DNA of 25,263 nt from an uncultured delta proteobacterium (GCA_963808625.1 CAWEHK010000014.1:1-25263), one strand, 5' to 3'; positions 1 through 8,668 are shown, counted from the stretch's first letter. A program made the numbers and translations. Notes: generated from the letters alone by a model not told the origin.

Positions 1-19
1 ACTCCAGATAGCTCTCCTC

Positions 20-67
20 ATCCTTGAAAAACCGAGCATCGAAATCTTCAAGGGTTCCGAATCATAT
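20..67 (+). repeat. Imperfect direct repeat, copy 1 (partner at 2945-2992)
   Basis: 39/48 identical, ungapped, to 2945-2992; exact 19-bp core CGAAATCTTCAAGGGTTCC at 40-58. Confidence 0.8.
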
Positions 68-740
68 TGTCTATATGCAGTCGCACCGGTCAAATTCATA
101 AGGCAAGGAAGGTTGAGAGTCGGCCGCTCACCGTTTGGGCATGTGATTCACGGGCAACTCTCACATTCTGTCGGGGCGTCCTGAGTAACGGATGTCTTCG
201 AGTCGGACTCCTGGCTTGCATCCGGCTCGCGTGAAATTTTGTTGACTTTCCCGGTTTTTCTGGCAGTTTGACCGGGGAGATGTTCATCTTTATGCATCTG
301 TCCGAGGAATGAATGAGAGCGTCGCCGGGACCCTTACCGTCTGCGCACTTCGCGCGGAGAACCCGGCTTTCTGGTTTCTGGCCCGGTGTTTCGATCACGA
401 CGTTTGTGTTTCAAGGCCAGAATTCCTATCCGGGGCATCATACTGTAGGTTCTTAAAATAAGTTATCAAAATGTCGGTGCTGGATAGCGGTGGTGATACC
501 AACATCCTCCCTGGAATGGCATTTGGCTTGCCGCGTCCAATGCTGACAATCGGCGATGACCCGCAAGTTTTAGGCAAAAGGTGAGCCACACAAGATTGAC
601 ACAATGGCATGGAGGAGCAGGTAGCGGAGAACGTCTCCTCATGAATGATTCGAGAGCAACTGAAACGTTGTGAATACGGTCTTTTTATTTCTTTGTTGGA
701 GCTCATATCATTATCATCAGCATGAAAAAGGAGAAAAGAG

Positions 741-1463
741 ATGAGACGCAGTACTATCGCTGTTGTACTTCTGGCACTGATGGCGATGCCTTACGGGGCG
801 ACGGCATGGGCCGCAAACGAGATCGAACAGGGCAACTCCTCCCAATCCGACAATACTCCACAACCTGTTGTGGTGTGCTCGGGTTGGCATGCGCTATGCG
901 ACTTTGCCACCAATTGCGAAGTTGTGGGTGACCAGGCCAACTGCGCTTGCTGGAAGGTCAAGGAGATCTACATGGTTGAAAGTAGTAAAATCCAGGATAA
1001 GGCCGTTAAGAAAGTGACCCAGGCCATCTGTACTAAGTCCCATCATTGCGATATAGACGAGGCCCCCGTCTGCAAGGCCATTCGTTTTGGGCAGTTCGAA
1101 GTGGAAAAGGTCAAGTATCGATGGGTGTCCACTTATTCGTACCGGGGGTGGTGCGAGAATTGGAACCCGGTCCCATGCGGTTTAAAAGACGACGAATGGA
1201 AGACCTGGGCGGACTGCATGTCTGCCCCATGCACGGTCGATGATAACCCTGCCGACCCCGAGCGCCCATTGAGCTGCCAGTGTCGCATCCAGGAGGGACC
1301 GTTCATTGGTACGCAGGGTAGCTGTGATGAAGGACATGTGATGTCCACCGAGCCATTGGGGAACTGGAATTTCCAAAAGAACACCTTCAGGGTTCCTTTT
1401 CCCGGCTACGAATATGTGAAGGGGGCATGTGCATCGTTGAATTCGGACAATACCGCGCCTTGA
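741..1463 (+). CDS. Secreted cysteine-rich hypothetical protein (240 aa, 16 Cys)
   Basis: AAGGAG RBS upstream; Sec-type signal peptide ([25 protein letters not shown]); all 16 Cys lie in the mature part. Confidence 0.85.
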   Translation: MRRSTIAVVLLALMAMPYGATAWAANEIEQGNSSQSDNTPQPVVVCSGWHALCDFATNCEVVGDQANCACWKVKEIYMVESSKIQDKAVKKVTQAICTKSHHCDIDEAPVCKAIRFGQFEVEKVKYRWVSTYSYRGWCENWNPVPCGLKDDEWKTWADCMSAPCTVDDNPADPERPLSCQCRIQEGPFIGTQGSCDEGHVMSTEPLGNWNFQKNTFRVPFPGYEYVKGACASLNSDNTAP

Positions 1464-1483
1464 TAGACCTCGAAGGTAATAAA

Positions 1484-1999
1484 ATGCAAACCAAAATCAC
1501 AATCAAACGCGGTGACATTACAAAGGAAAAAGTCGATGCAATAGTCAACGCCGCCAACCGTTCCTTGCTCGGTGGCGGAGGAGTCGACGGTGCGATCCAC
1601 GATGCGGCAGGGCCAGAGCTTTTGAAGGAGTGCCGGGGTCTTGGGGGCTGCGAAACCGGCGAAGCAAAGATTACCGCGGGCTATAGATTGCCGGCCAAAT
1701 TCATCATCCATACGGTAGGGCCGGTGTATGGGCACGCAAGAGGCAGGGAAAAAGACCTCTTGTCCAATTGCTATCTCAATAGCTTAAAGCTGGCCAGGGC
1801 AAAAGATCTAAAAACAATCGCCTTTCCTTGCATCTCTACCGGTGTCTATGGATATCCGCAAGAGGAAGCGGCCAAGATTGCGGTCGGAACAGTCAAAGGC
1901 TATATCAAGGAAAGTCCTGATGCTTTTGAAGAGATAATTTTTGTTACGTTCAGGGAGTCGGATTATAGGATCTATGAGAGCCTGATTGCGGGTTCATAA
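1484..1999 (+). CDS. ymdB: Macrodomain protein, O-acetyl-ADP-ribose deacetylase / ADP-ribosylhydrolase (YmdB/MacroD-like), 171 aa
   Basis: Motifs [12 protein letters not shown]-x2[34 protein letters not shown] at 1484 after GAAGG preferred over the ORF-track start, which overlaps the upstream gene. Confidence 0.93.
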   Translation: MQTKITIKRGDITKEKVDAIVNAANRSLLGGGGVDGAIHDAAGPELLKECRGLGGCETGEAKITAGYRLPAKFIIHTVGPVYGHARGREKDLLSNCYLNSLKLARAKDLKTIAFPCISTGVYGYPQEEAAKIAVGTVKGYIKESPDAFEEIIFVTFRESDYRIYESLIAGS

Positions 2000-2019
2000 G
2001 TCAGATTTGGAGGCGCCCC

Positions 2020-2763
2020 ATGCACCATTGCTCCAGGCTTGGGAGGCTGGTCTACCTTGTGACAGCCCTTTTCTTCGCAACCGGCGTATTTGGCTGTGCA
2101 ACCACTCATAGCACTGCCCCCACAAGTCCGTCCACACAGGCGGCGGCTCAGGCAGAAAAGACGGTCGCACCCGGACCGTTCCAGCGTCCGGTGTATCAGG
2201 GCCCAGAGATGACCCCCTATTATCCTCCGCCCGCCAGGATCGATTTCTGCGGGGAGTCCGTTCCCCTGGAAAACCAGGAGGTCCAGGAGCGATTCGACAA
2301 AGAGTTCACTCTCGTTGTGTACAACCATGCGCAGGTTTACCGGTGGCTAAAACGCAAGGAACGCTATTTTCCGTGGATTGAGGAGCGCCTCCGGCGCCTC
2401 AACATGCCCGAAGACCTGAAGTATGTCGCCATTGCGGAAAGCGAGCCCCCCCTAAACGCCCCGGAGAAGAGAAAATCGGTAGATATGCGCTATGACTTCG
2501 AGCTCTCTCCCGATAGCGCTTTCCAATATTTGGGGGACCTTTACCGCAATTTCAGGAGCTGGACTCTCGCCATAGCGGCATACAGCTACGGTGAGAAACG
2601 CCTTATGGACCAATCCCTCGCGCAGGGCGAGAGGGACTTCTACCAACTGATGCTGCCACAGGAGACTGAGCGTTACGTTTTCAGGATCTTGGCAATCAAG
2701 GCGGTCCTGAGCGACCCGAAGCGGTACGGGTATGAACTGCCAAAGGGCGCTGGATACCCTTAG
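2020..2763 (+). CDS. Lipoprotein with degenerate lytic transglycosylase (SLT/MltD-like) domain
   Basis: GGAGG RBS; lipobox VFG-C; PEDLKYVAIAES, YLGDLY..F.SWTLAIAAY, LPQETERYVFRILAIK; motif II (G-x-WQ) absent. Confidence 0.85.
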   Translation: MHHCSRLGRLVYLVTALFFATGVFGCATTHSTAPTSPSTQAAAQAEKTVAPGPFQRPVYQGPEMTPYYPPPARIDFCGESVPLENQEVQERFDKEFTLVVYNHAQVYRWLKRKERYFPWIEERLRRLNMPEDLKYVAIAESEPPLNAPEKRKSVDMRYDFELSPDSAFQYLGDLYRNFRSWTLAIAAYSYGEKRLMDQSLAQGERDFYQLMLPQETERYVFRILAIKAVLSDPKRYGYELPKGAGYP

Positions 2764-2798
2764 TACAGCGCTGCATAAATATGTGTCCGAAGTCGGTT

Positions 2799-2863
2799 CG
2801 TCATACCGGCGGAAGCCGGTATCCAGGCAACTTTTCTGGATTCCGGTTTTCACTGGAATGACG
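2799..2863. repeat. REP-like palindromic element
   Basis: CGTCATACCGGCGGAAGCCGGTATCCAG...CTGGATTCCGGTTTTCACTGGAATGACG: two imperfect arms in inverted orientation, each an internal hairpin. Confidence 0.8.
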
Positions 2864-2905
2864 CGTCAGATATATGGTCACTCTAATGTGCGAGTCTGTA
2901 CTTAG

Positions 2906-3214
2906 GTCCAGCAGGCCCATCAGGAGGTAGACATTTTCTCTGCTATCCTTAAAAACGGGGACACCGAAATCTTCAAGGGTTCCCAATCTTATGTTCAGAA
3001 TTGCGTTGCACGGGAGAAGGGCTTGGGACCGGAAGAAGGCTTGGTCTTTTACCAACTGGAGAACGGTCCCGTCATGGACGAGCTCAAAACCTGCTGCCAC
3101 GGCCACATCTCGGGAAAAATGGCCAAACTCCACTTGTGTCCGGGAAGGACTATTCGGTATCTTAAGAACCAGGGGGAGAGGCCCACGCACTTCCTGCATG
3201 CGCCCAAGTCATAA
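2906..3214 (+). pseudogene. 5'-truncated coding remnant of unknown family
   Basis: Open frame from the TAG at 2903-2905 to the TAA at 3212-3214 (VQQAHQEVDIFSAILKNGDTEIFKGSQSY...FLHAPKS); no convincing start; directly follows a REP-like element. Confidence 0.4.
2945..2992 (+). repeat. Imperfect direct repeat, copy 2 (partner at 20-67)
   Basis: 39/48 identity; exact 19-bp core at 2965-2983. Confidence 0.8.
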
Positions 3215-3227
3215 TGACAACCGAAAA

Positions 3228-3347
3228 ATCACCCACCTCTCAGCGGCGCTCAAGCATGCCGGACACGGAGTCAGTCTTTTCGATCTGAGGCTGATTTCCG
3301 GATGCGAAGAATATACTCAAGTCTTGAGATCTGGGAGACCGGACATC
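3228..3347 (+). pseudogene. Fragment of the N-terminal cobalamin-binding domain of a B12-dependent radical SAM protein
   Basis: ITHLSAALKHAGHGVSLFDLRLISGCEEYTQVLRSGRPDI resembles the family pattern 'G(L/I)xYLxAxL+xxGHxVxxxD...xxxPD(I/V)VG'; no start codon and no radical SAM domain follow. Confidence 0.6.
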
Positions 3348-3351
3348 TCGT

Positions 3352-4656
3352 ATGAACGTCGTCTTCTTCGCCATAGTCCTGATCGCCTTTGGTACCGCTG
3401 CGTGTAACCAGCTCACCTGGATTCCCGAAGCGGGGATGGAATCGCCCATGGAGCGCCTCACGAAGGCCATGGTGGATTCGGCTGGAAGTGCCGTGGAGTT
3501 GGCCCTTGGGCTTGTGGGGATAATGACCCTCTTTCTCGGGCTCATGAAAGTTGCGGAGGCCGGTGGCCTTCTCAGGGTCATCGCGCGCCTCATCCGTCCC
3601 CTGATGGTTCGGCTCTTCCCCGACGTGCCTCCCGAGCATCCCGCAATGGGAGCGATGATCCTCAATCTTTCCGCCAACGTCATGGGCCTTGGGAATGCAG
3701 CGACTCCTTTCGGCATCCGCGCCATGCAGGAACTCAACACGCTCAACCCGCACCCGGGGACGGCCACGAACGCCATGGTGCTCTTTCTCGCAATCAACAC
3801 CGCGAGCGTCACCCTGCTTCCGACTGGAGTCATTGCTCTGAGAGCTTCCGCAGGCTCTGCAGACCCGGCGGGAATTCTTCCCACGACCCTCTTCGCTTCG
3901 ATCGTTGCCACCGTCTCCGCCATCTTCGTGGCCAGGGCACTGCAAGACCTCTTCCCGGTCCGTGATCCGGATGAACCTGACGGAGGAGAAGAGGATGCAG
4001 GGAATTCTACCGTCACGACCGCCGGGCAAGCACCCGCGCAGGAGGAGGCAGGGGAAGGCTACCCGCTCTGGGTCAGCGCACTGGCGCTCGGGGCTGTGGT
4101 TGCGGTCGTTCCTCTCACGATTTTCTTTGGCAAAGCGATCTCGCCGTGGATTATTCCCGGGCTCATGGTCGGCTTCCTCGCCTTCGGCATGGCACGCCGA
4201 GTGCGCATATACGAGGTCCTCGTGGACGGGGCCCGGGAGGGTTTTCAGGTCGCTGTAAGGATCATCCCTTACCTGGTGGCAATTCTTGTGGCAATCGGTA
4301 TGTTCCGTGCCAGCGGGGCCATGGAAGTCATGGTGAAGGGGCTTGGCGGGTGGACCGGCATGCTGGGGCTCCCCCCGGAGGGGCTCACGATGGCAATCCT
4401 TCGCTCTCTTTCCGGCTCCGGGGCATTCGCCGTCCTGGCTTCCTTTATCAAAGACCCCGTCATTGGCCCGGACAGCTACACGGGCTACCTGGTCTCAACC
4501 ATTCAGGGGTCCTCGGAGACGACCTTCTACGTGCTTGCAATCTACTTCGGGGCCGTGCAGATAAAGCGCATCCGGCACGCTCTGGCCGCCGGGATCATTG
4601 CGGACCTGGTGGCGGTGATCGCCTCCGTCCTTATCTGCAAGCTCCTTCACGGCTGA
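3352..4656 (+). CDS. Fused SpmA/SpmB-type (nucleoside recognition 'Gate' domain) membrane protein, 434 aa
   Basis: SpmA-like motifs LFPDVPPEHPAMGAM, ANVMGLGNAATPFGIRAMQEL; SpmB-like motifs IIPYLVAILVAIGMFRASGAM, RSLSGSGA, GSSETTFYVLAIYFGAV; many TM helices. Confidence 0.92.
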   Translation: MNVVFFAIVLIAFGTAACNQLTWIPEAGMESPMERLTKAMVDSAGSAVELALGLVGIMTLFLGLMKVAEAGGLLRVIARLIRPLMVRLFPDVPPEHPAMGAMILNLSANVMGLGNAATPFGIRAMQELNTLNPHPGTATNAMVLFLAINTASVTLLPTGVIALRASAGSADPAGILPTTLFASIVATVSAIFVARALQDLFPVRDPDEPDGGEEDAGNSTVTTAGQAPAQEEAGEGYPLWVSALALGAVVAVVPLTIFFGKAISPWIIPGLMVGFLAFGMARRVRIYEVLVDGAREGFQVAVRIIPYLVAILVAIGMFRASGAMEVMVKGLGGWTGMLGLPPEGLTMAILRSLSGSGAFAVLASFIKDPVIGPDSYTGYLVSTIQGSSETTFYVLAIYFGAVQIKRIRHALAAGIIADLVAVIASVLICKLLHG

Positions 4657-4721
4657 GAGAAGAGACGGCAAGCATCCATGAACTGCTCTACGGATTAAGG
4701 ATGGGATATAGCATTTTGACT

Positions 4722-4746
4722 CGCGGGCAGGAATGCCCGCGCTCCC
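4722..4746. repeat. Short REP-like hairpin
   Basis: CGCGGGCA-GGAA-TGCCCGCG followed by CTCCC; perfect 8-bp stem. Confidence 0.55.
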
Positions 4747-4875
4747 AAAAAGCAAATCCCCAGGAACGAAACTTTTCGTCCTCAACGAGTATAGATCGCC
4801 AGTACCTTCGCGTCCCGAGCCACTCGAAAAATCTGGGAGGCCCCTTTCAAGAGATCTTCCCGGTTGGTCCCTGCC

Positions 4876-5024
4876 AAGGACCGTAAGAAGTTTATGAAGA
4901 CGCTTTGCAGAAAGGCGGGAGTGAGGTATTTTCGTTTCCGCGCCCTGAGACGTGCCGGCGCATCACTGAAGGGTAACTGCAATGTTCCGATTGGCGCGAT
5001 CCGGAGCGATCTTGGGCCAAGAAT
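4876..5024 (+). pseudogene. Tyrosine recombinase (phage integrase) C-terminal relic
   Basis: KDRKKFMKTLCRKAGVRYFRFRALRRAGAS...VPIGAI corresponds to box II 'FHxLRH' decayed to FRALRR; after a frame change ILGQ replaces ILGH; adjacent to the tRNA 3' end. Confidence 0.8.
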
Positions 5025-5068
5025 GAAAACGGGGTTACCCTCTATTGAGCATAACCCCTTGAATTTTC

Positions 5069-5145
5069 TGGTGCGCCCAGTAGGATTCGAACCTACGGCC
5101 TACGGATTCGTAGTCCGGCACTCTATCCAGCTGAGCTATGGGCGC
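5069..5145 (-). tRNA. tRNA-Arg(ACG)
   Basis: Minus strand GCGCCCATAGCTCAGCTGGATAGAGTGCCGGACTACGAATCCGTAGGCCGTAGGTTCGAATCCTACTGGGCGCACCA: perfect 7-bp acceptor stem, D arm, CT-ACG-AA loop, GGTTCGAATCC T arm, encoded CCA; 77 nt. Confidence 0.97.
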
Positions 5146-5226
5146 ACTTGATTATGACGCTCCATCATGTAACAAACTTTGCTCCCCTAAGCAAGGACAA
5201 AAGACCTGCGAGGACGACCGGATAAC

Positions 5227-6840
5227 ATGACGAAGGATAGCAACGCCAGCCCGGCGCCAAGAGGCAAGCTCCTCTCCTTTCTGAGTCGTCGCCAGCAGAT
5301 GGGATGGGCCGCCCTGATCATGGGCGTCAGCGTGCTCCTTTCCCGGTTCATGGGTTTGATCCGGGACAAGGTCATTTCCTACCTCTTCGGAGCGACGACG
5401 GAGTCGGACCTGTACTTTGCGGCGTTCGTCATCCCGGACTTCATCAACTACCTCCTGGCCGGCGCCTATTTTTCCATCACGCTCATTCCCCTCTTGAGCG
5501 TAGCTTTTGAAAAGGATGAGGCAGACGGATGGCGCTTCTTCTCGACGGTCTTCACCTGGATCGCCCTTCTCATCGGTGCCCTCACCGCCCTGGCCATGGT
5601 GTTTGCGCCCAGGCTTGCTTACCTCGCCGCTCCCGGGCTTAACGCGGAGGCCCTGGAGCGGCTGGCGTTGTTCTTGAGGATCGTCCTCCCGGCGCAGATC
5701 TGCTTCCTCCTGGGGGCGTGCATCACGGCCATCCTCTATCTTCGCAAGCAGTTCCTGGTCCCGGCCCTTATGCCGCTGATCTACAACTTCATGATCATTC
5801 TGGGCGGGGTTCTCCTGCGCAACCGAGGCATGGAAGGGTTCTGCTGGGGTGTGCTGGCCGGGGCCTTTGTCGGCGCCCTTTGCCTGCCTTATCTGGCGGC
5901 CAGGTCCGGAGCCGGCCTCAAGCTCGGTTTTTCTCTTTATCATCCTGGTTTGAAGAAATTTTTCCTGCTGGCACTGCCGCTCATGGTGGGTCAGTCCGTC
6001 GTGGTTCTGGATGAACAACTGGTTCGGATCTTTGGGTCGTTGGCCGGCACCGGCGCGATCAGTTGGTTGAACTATGCACGCCGCATCATGCTCGTTCCCG
6101 TCGGGGTCGTGGCTCAGGCCGCCGGTGTCGCCTCGTACCCCTTTCTCGCCGAGCTCGTGGCAAAGCAAGAATTCCCCAAATTCCATCAGACCCTGAACAC
6201 GGCGCTGCGGGGCACCCTCACCCTTCTGGTTCCCCTGACGGTCTGGATGATGGTCGTCTCCGAGCCAACCATCAGGCTGATCTTTCAGCAGGGCCATTTC
6301 GGGGCTTCGGATACGCTCCGGACATCGCAATTGCTCCTGATCCTGCTCATTGCGGTTTCCTGCTGGGGGTTCCAGCAGGTCCTGGGGCGGGGCTATTACG
6401 CCCAACAGGATACGATTACGCCAGCGGTCATCGGCACGGCCACGACCCTCCTTTCGGTCCCGGTCTATTATTTCGTCACGCCTCACCTGCAGGCCGTCGG
6501 CGTGGCCCTGGCCAGCTCCGTTTCGGTCGGCCTCTACACCGGATTGTTGAGCCTCTGGTGGTATCACCGCTTCGGAGGGGAGGCCTTTCTCGGCCTGGGT
6601 AAAGATTTCATGAAAGTGGCCGCGATCTCGCTGCTGGCGGGATTTCCTGCGATGCTCGTGGTCAAATTCAGGTTTGTCGATGTCGACGTCCATCCCTATT
6701 GGGAAGCGCTCTACGCGATCGGGATCAGCGGCATGTGTTTTGCCGTGGTCTTTGTGATGCTGTCGCGGTATTTTATTCCGGACCTTGTTAGACCGGTGCT
6801 GCAAAAAGCTGGTCCTCTTGGTCGGCGGCTGCTCCGCTGA
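5227..6840 (+). CDS. murJ: Lipid II flippase MurJ (MviN)
   Basis: SRFMGLIRDKVISYLFGA, AAFVIPD, ISWLNYARRIMLVPVGV, IRLIFQQGHF, RGYYAQQDTITP; MOP-family polytopic membrane protein of 537 aa. Confidence 0.95.
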   Translation: MTKDSNASPAPRGKLLSFLSRRQQMGWAALIMGVSVLLSRFMGLIRDKVISYLFGATTESDLYFAAFVIPDFINYLLAGAYFSITLIPLLSVAFEKDEADGWRFFSTVFTWIALLIGALTALAMVFAPRLAYLAAPGLNAEALERLALFLRIVLPAQICFLLGACITAILYLRKQFLVPALMPLIYNFMIILGGVLLRNRGMEGFCWGVLAGAFVGALCLPYLAARSGAGLKLGFSLYHPGLKKFFLLALPLMVGQSVVVLDEQLVRIFGSLAGTGAISWLNYARRIMLVPVGVVAQAAGVASYPFLAELVAKQEFPKFHQTLNTALRGTLTLLVPLTVWMMVVSEPTIRLIFQQGHFGASDTLRTSQLLLILLIAVSCWGFQQVLGRGYYAQQDTITPAVIGTATTLLSVPVYYFVTPHLQAVGVALASSVSVGLYTGLLSLWWYHRFGGEAFLGLGKDFMKVAAISLLAGFPAMLVVKFRFVDVDVHPYWEALYAIGISGMCFAVVFVMLSRYFIPDLVRPVLQKAGPLGRRLLR

Positions 6841-6917
6841 GGTTCTGGGAGGGCATAATCCCCTCTTCGCTTACGCTGAAAGGTTTAGATAAATCGTCGG
6901 GTCGGAATGTTCCAGGT

Positions 6918-7009
6918 AACCCCTTCAGGGTAAGGATTTCTGTTGTACTTGGCTCCCCAGGGTGGCGCTGTCGCTGACCCTGGGCTGGTTTGTTGAGCCC
7001 TTTCAGGGC
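6918..7009. repeat. Composite REP-like element
   Basis: Two related short hairpins (AACCCCTTCAGGGT, GCCCTTTCAGGGC) flank CCCAGGGT-N13-ACCCTGGG. Confidence 0.65.
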
Positions 7010-7103
7010 AGAAAAGTTAGCTTGAGGTACCGGGGATTAACCCAGCCGCTACCGCATTAGGGCAATGCCCATTTCTCACAAGGCATTCTGTCTGGATTTC
7101 GAG

Positions 7104-8228
7104 ATGACTGATCCGTGGCTTGTTACAACCCTGCGCAGGGTCCTTTTCCTGATTGTTTTGACGGGACTGTTGGTGACCTTCGGGGTTTCGGGATACATTC
7201 TTGTTGAGCACTTCACGTTTCTTGAAGCACTGTACATGACCGTCATTACTCTGGCGACTGTCGGCTTCGCTGAGGTGAGGCCGCTCAATGATGCGGGACG
7301 GATCTTCACTATCGTTCTGATTCTGACGGGGGCGGGGTTTCTCACTTACAGCCTGATTTACTTCAGTCAGGTTATTGTTGATCAGAATCTGATTGAACTC
7401 TATCGGAGGCGCAGATTGAAAAAGCAGCTCGGCCAACTGGAAGACCATTACATCGTCTGCGGCTATGGACAGATGGGGCAGATCATTGTCCAGGAATTAA
7501 TGACCCACAACATTCCTGTCGTGGTGCTTGATACCGATGAGTCCCTCGTTATCCGCTTCCGGGAGAAAGGAATTCTGCACCTTACCGCCGATGCGACGGA
7601 AGAGGAAAATCTCGTTGCCGCCGGTATCCAGAGAGCCAAAGGCCTGGTGGCGGTGGTGAACCGGGACACCGACAATGTCTTCATCGTGCTCACTGCAAGA
7701 GACCTCAAGAAAGATCTGCTCATTTTTGCCCGCGCGGGCAGCCCCAGCACCCATAAAAGGTTGCTGAAAGCAGGCGCCAACCGCGTCGTGTCACCGTTTG
7801 CCACCGGAGCACGTCACATCGCTCAGAATGTCCTGCGACCGACCGTGACCGACTTCCTGGAACTGGCCTTATCGGCTGAAGGTCTGGAACTGAGCCTGGA
7901 GGAGATCGTCATTCCTGATGATGCCGAACTCGTCGGGAAGGAGCTTATGCACTCCGGCATCCGCTACCAGTACAACTTGATCGTGGTGGCCATCAAGCGC
8001 CGCGACGGCACCATGATCTATAATCCATCCCCACAGGAGCTTTTCGAAGCAGGTGATATTCTGATAGCAATTGGTCCCCAGGAAAACCTCCTGAGCTTTC
8101 AGCCGGGAGATCAGGGGTACTCTCCAGTCCGCTTCTTGAGTCTTCCGCATCATGCGAATGCTTTGGGAAATGAATTTGACAAAGCCGAAGTGATCTCCTA
8201 TAAGCAGGCGTATACAACAAAGAAGTGA
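7104..8228 (+). CDS. 2-TM potassium channel protein with TrkA-N/TrkA-C (RCK) domains
   Basis: TM-pore-TM with FLEALYMTVITLATVGFAEV; Rossmann motif HYIVCGYGQMG; DNVFIVLTAR; AGANRVVSP; TrkA-C IVVAIKRRDG.MIYNP. The real end may be 8139 if a +1 error exists near 8097. Confidence 0.92.
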   Translation: MTDPWLVTTLRRVLFLIVLTGLLVTFGVSGYILVEHFTFLEALYMTVITLATVGFAEVRPLNDAGRIFTIVLILTGAGFLTYSLIYFSQVIVDQNLIELYRRRRLKKQLGQLEDHYIVCGYGQMGQIIVQELMTHNIPVVVLDTDESLVIRFREKGILHLTADATEEENLVAAGIQRAKGLVAVVNRDTDNVFIVLTARDLKKDLLIFARAGSPSTHKRLLKAGANRVVSPFATGARHIAQNVLRPTVTDFLELALSAEGLELSLEEIVIPDDAELVGKELMHSGIRYQYNLIVVAIKRRDGTMIYNPSPQELFEAGDILIAIGPQENLLSFQPGDQGYSPVRFLSLPHHANALGNEFDKAEVISYKQAYTTKK

Positions 8229-8477
8229 CGTCGGGTTTCATCTTTCTCTTTCGGGTTCCGTTCCATCGACTGCGGTTCAAACCCTCGTTTTTCGCCCATT
8301 GCGTCGGCGTCAGGGATGCAAAGGGCGGTCAATGTTGGTGCGGCAGGGGCTCCGGATGCGCTAAGAGTGTTTCGGCCGTTATTGCTGCCAGAGAAGCTTT
8401 GCGGCGGATCGGGCTTCCTGCCGAGCGGATTGTCGAATGTCGGGAACAAGTGGTTCTTAGCCCTTGGCTCTTGTTTT

Positions 8478-8509
8478 GGAGGGGCGGCGGGTTAGAAAAC
8501 CCGCCCTCC
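8478..8509. repeat. REP-like hairpin
   Basis: GGAGGGGCGGCGGGTTAGAAAACCCGCCCTCC, inverted arms. Confidence 0.5.
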
Positions 8510-8668
8510 TTGTTGGCAACAAGTGGCCTTTAGCTCTTGGTTCTTAGTTTGTAGTATTAGGCGTTTAACGTTTGGTGCTTCGAGGTTCGGTATCATCGAG
8601 TGGTGGGGAACGAGCGGCCATAATGGTAATGCGTTATGGACCAACAAGGGACAGGGAGGGTGCTTGCC

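Noticed and set aside
30..62. Minus-strand FGTLEDF peptide resembling an alpha-amylase motif
   Set aside because: It is preceded by stop codons, and the following residues do not fit the family.
96..706. Minus-strand ORFs 96-398 and 395-706
   Set aside because: No convincing RBS or motif; composition looks non-coding.
1484..1999. Macrodomain as a DarG antitoxin or anti-phage component
   Set aside because: It is a plain single-domain YmdB/MacroD type, and no ADP-ribosyltransferase, DarT or sirtuin gene is adjacent.
2903..2905. In-frame TAG as possible pyrrolysine readthrough
   Set aside because: The upstream frame runs into a REP-like palindrome with no start or RBS, and there is no Pyl context.
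5152..6804. 550-aa minus-strand ORF, and similar long antisense ORFs over spmAB, the acyl-CoA dehydrogenase, fusA, dnaK and hrcA
   Set aside because: They are shadows of well-supported genes in GC-rich DNA and carry no recognisable motifs.
8225..8533. 102-aa ORF between the channel and crotonase genes
   Set aside because: No recognisable domain or RBS, and it overlaps a REP-like hairpin.
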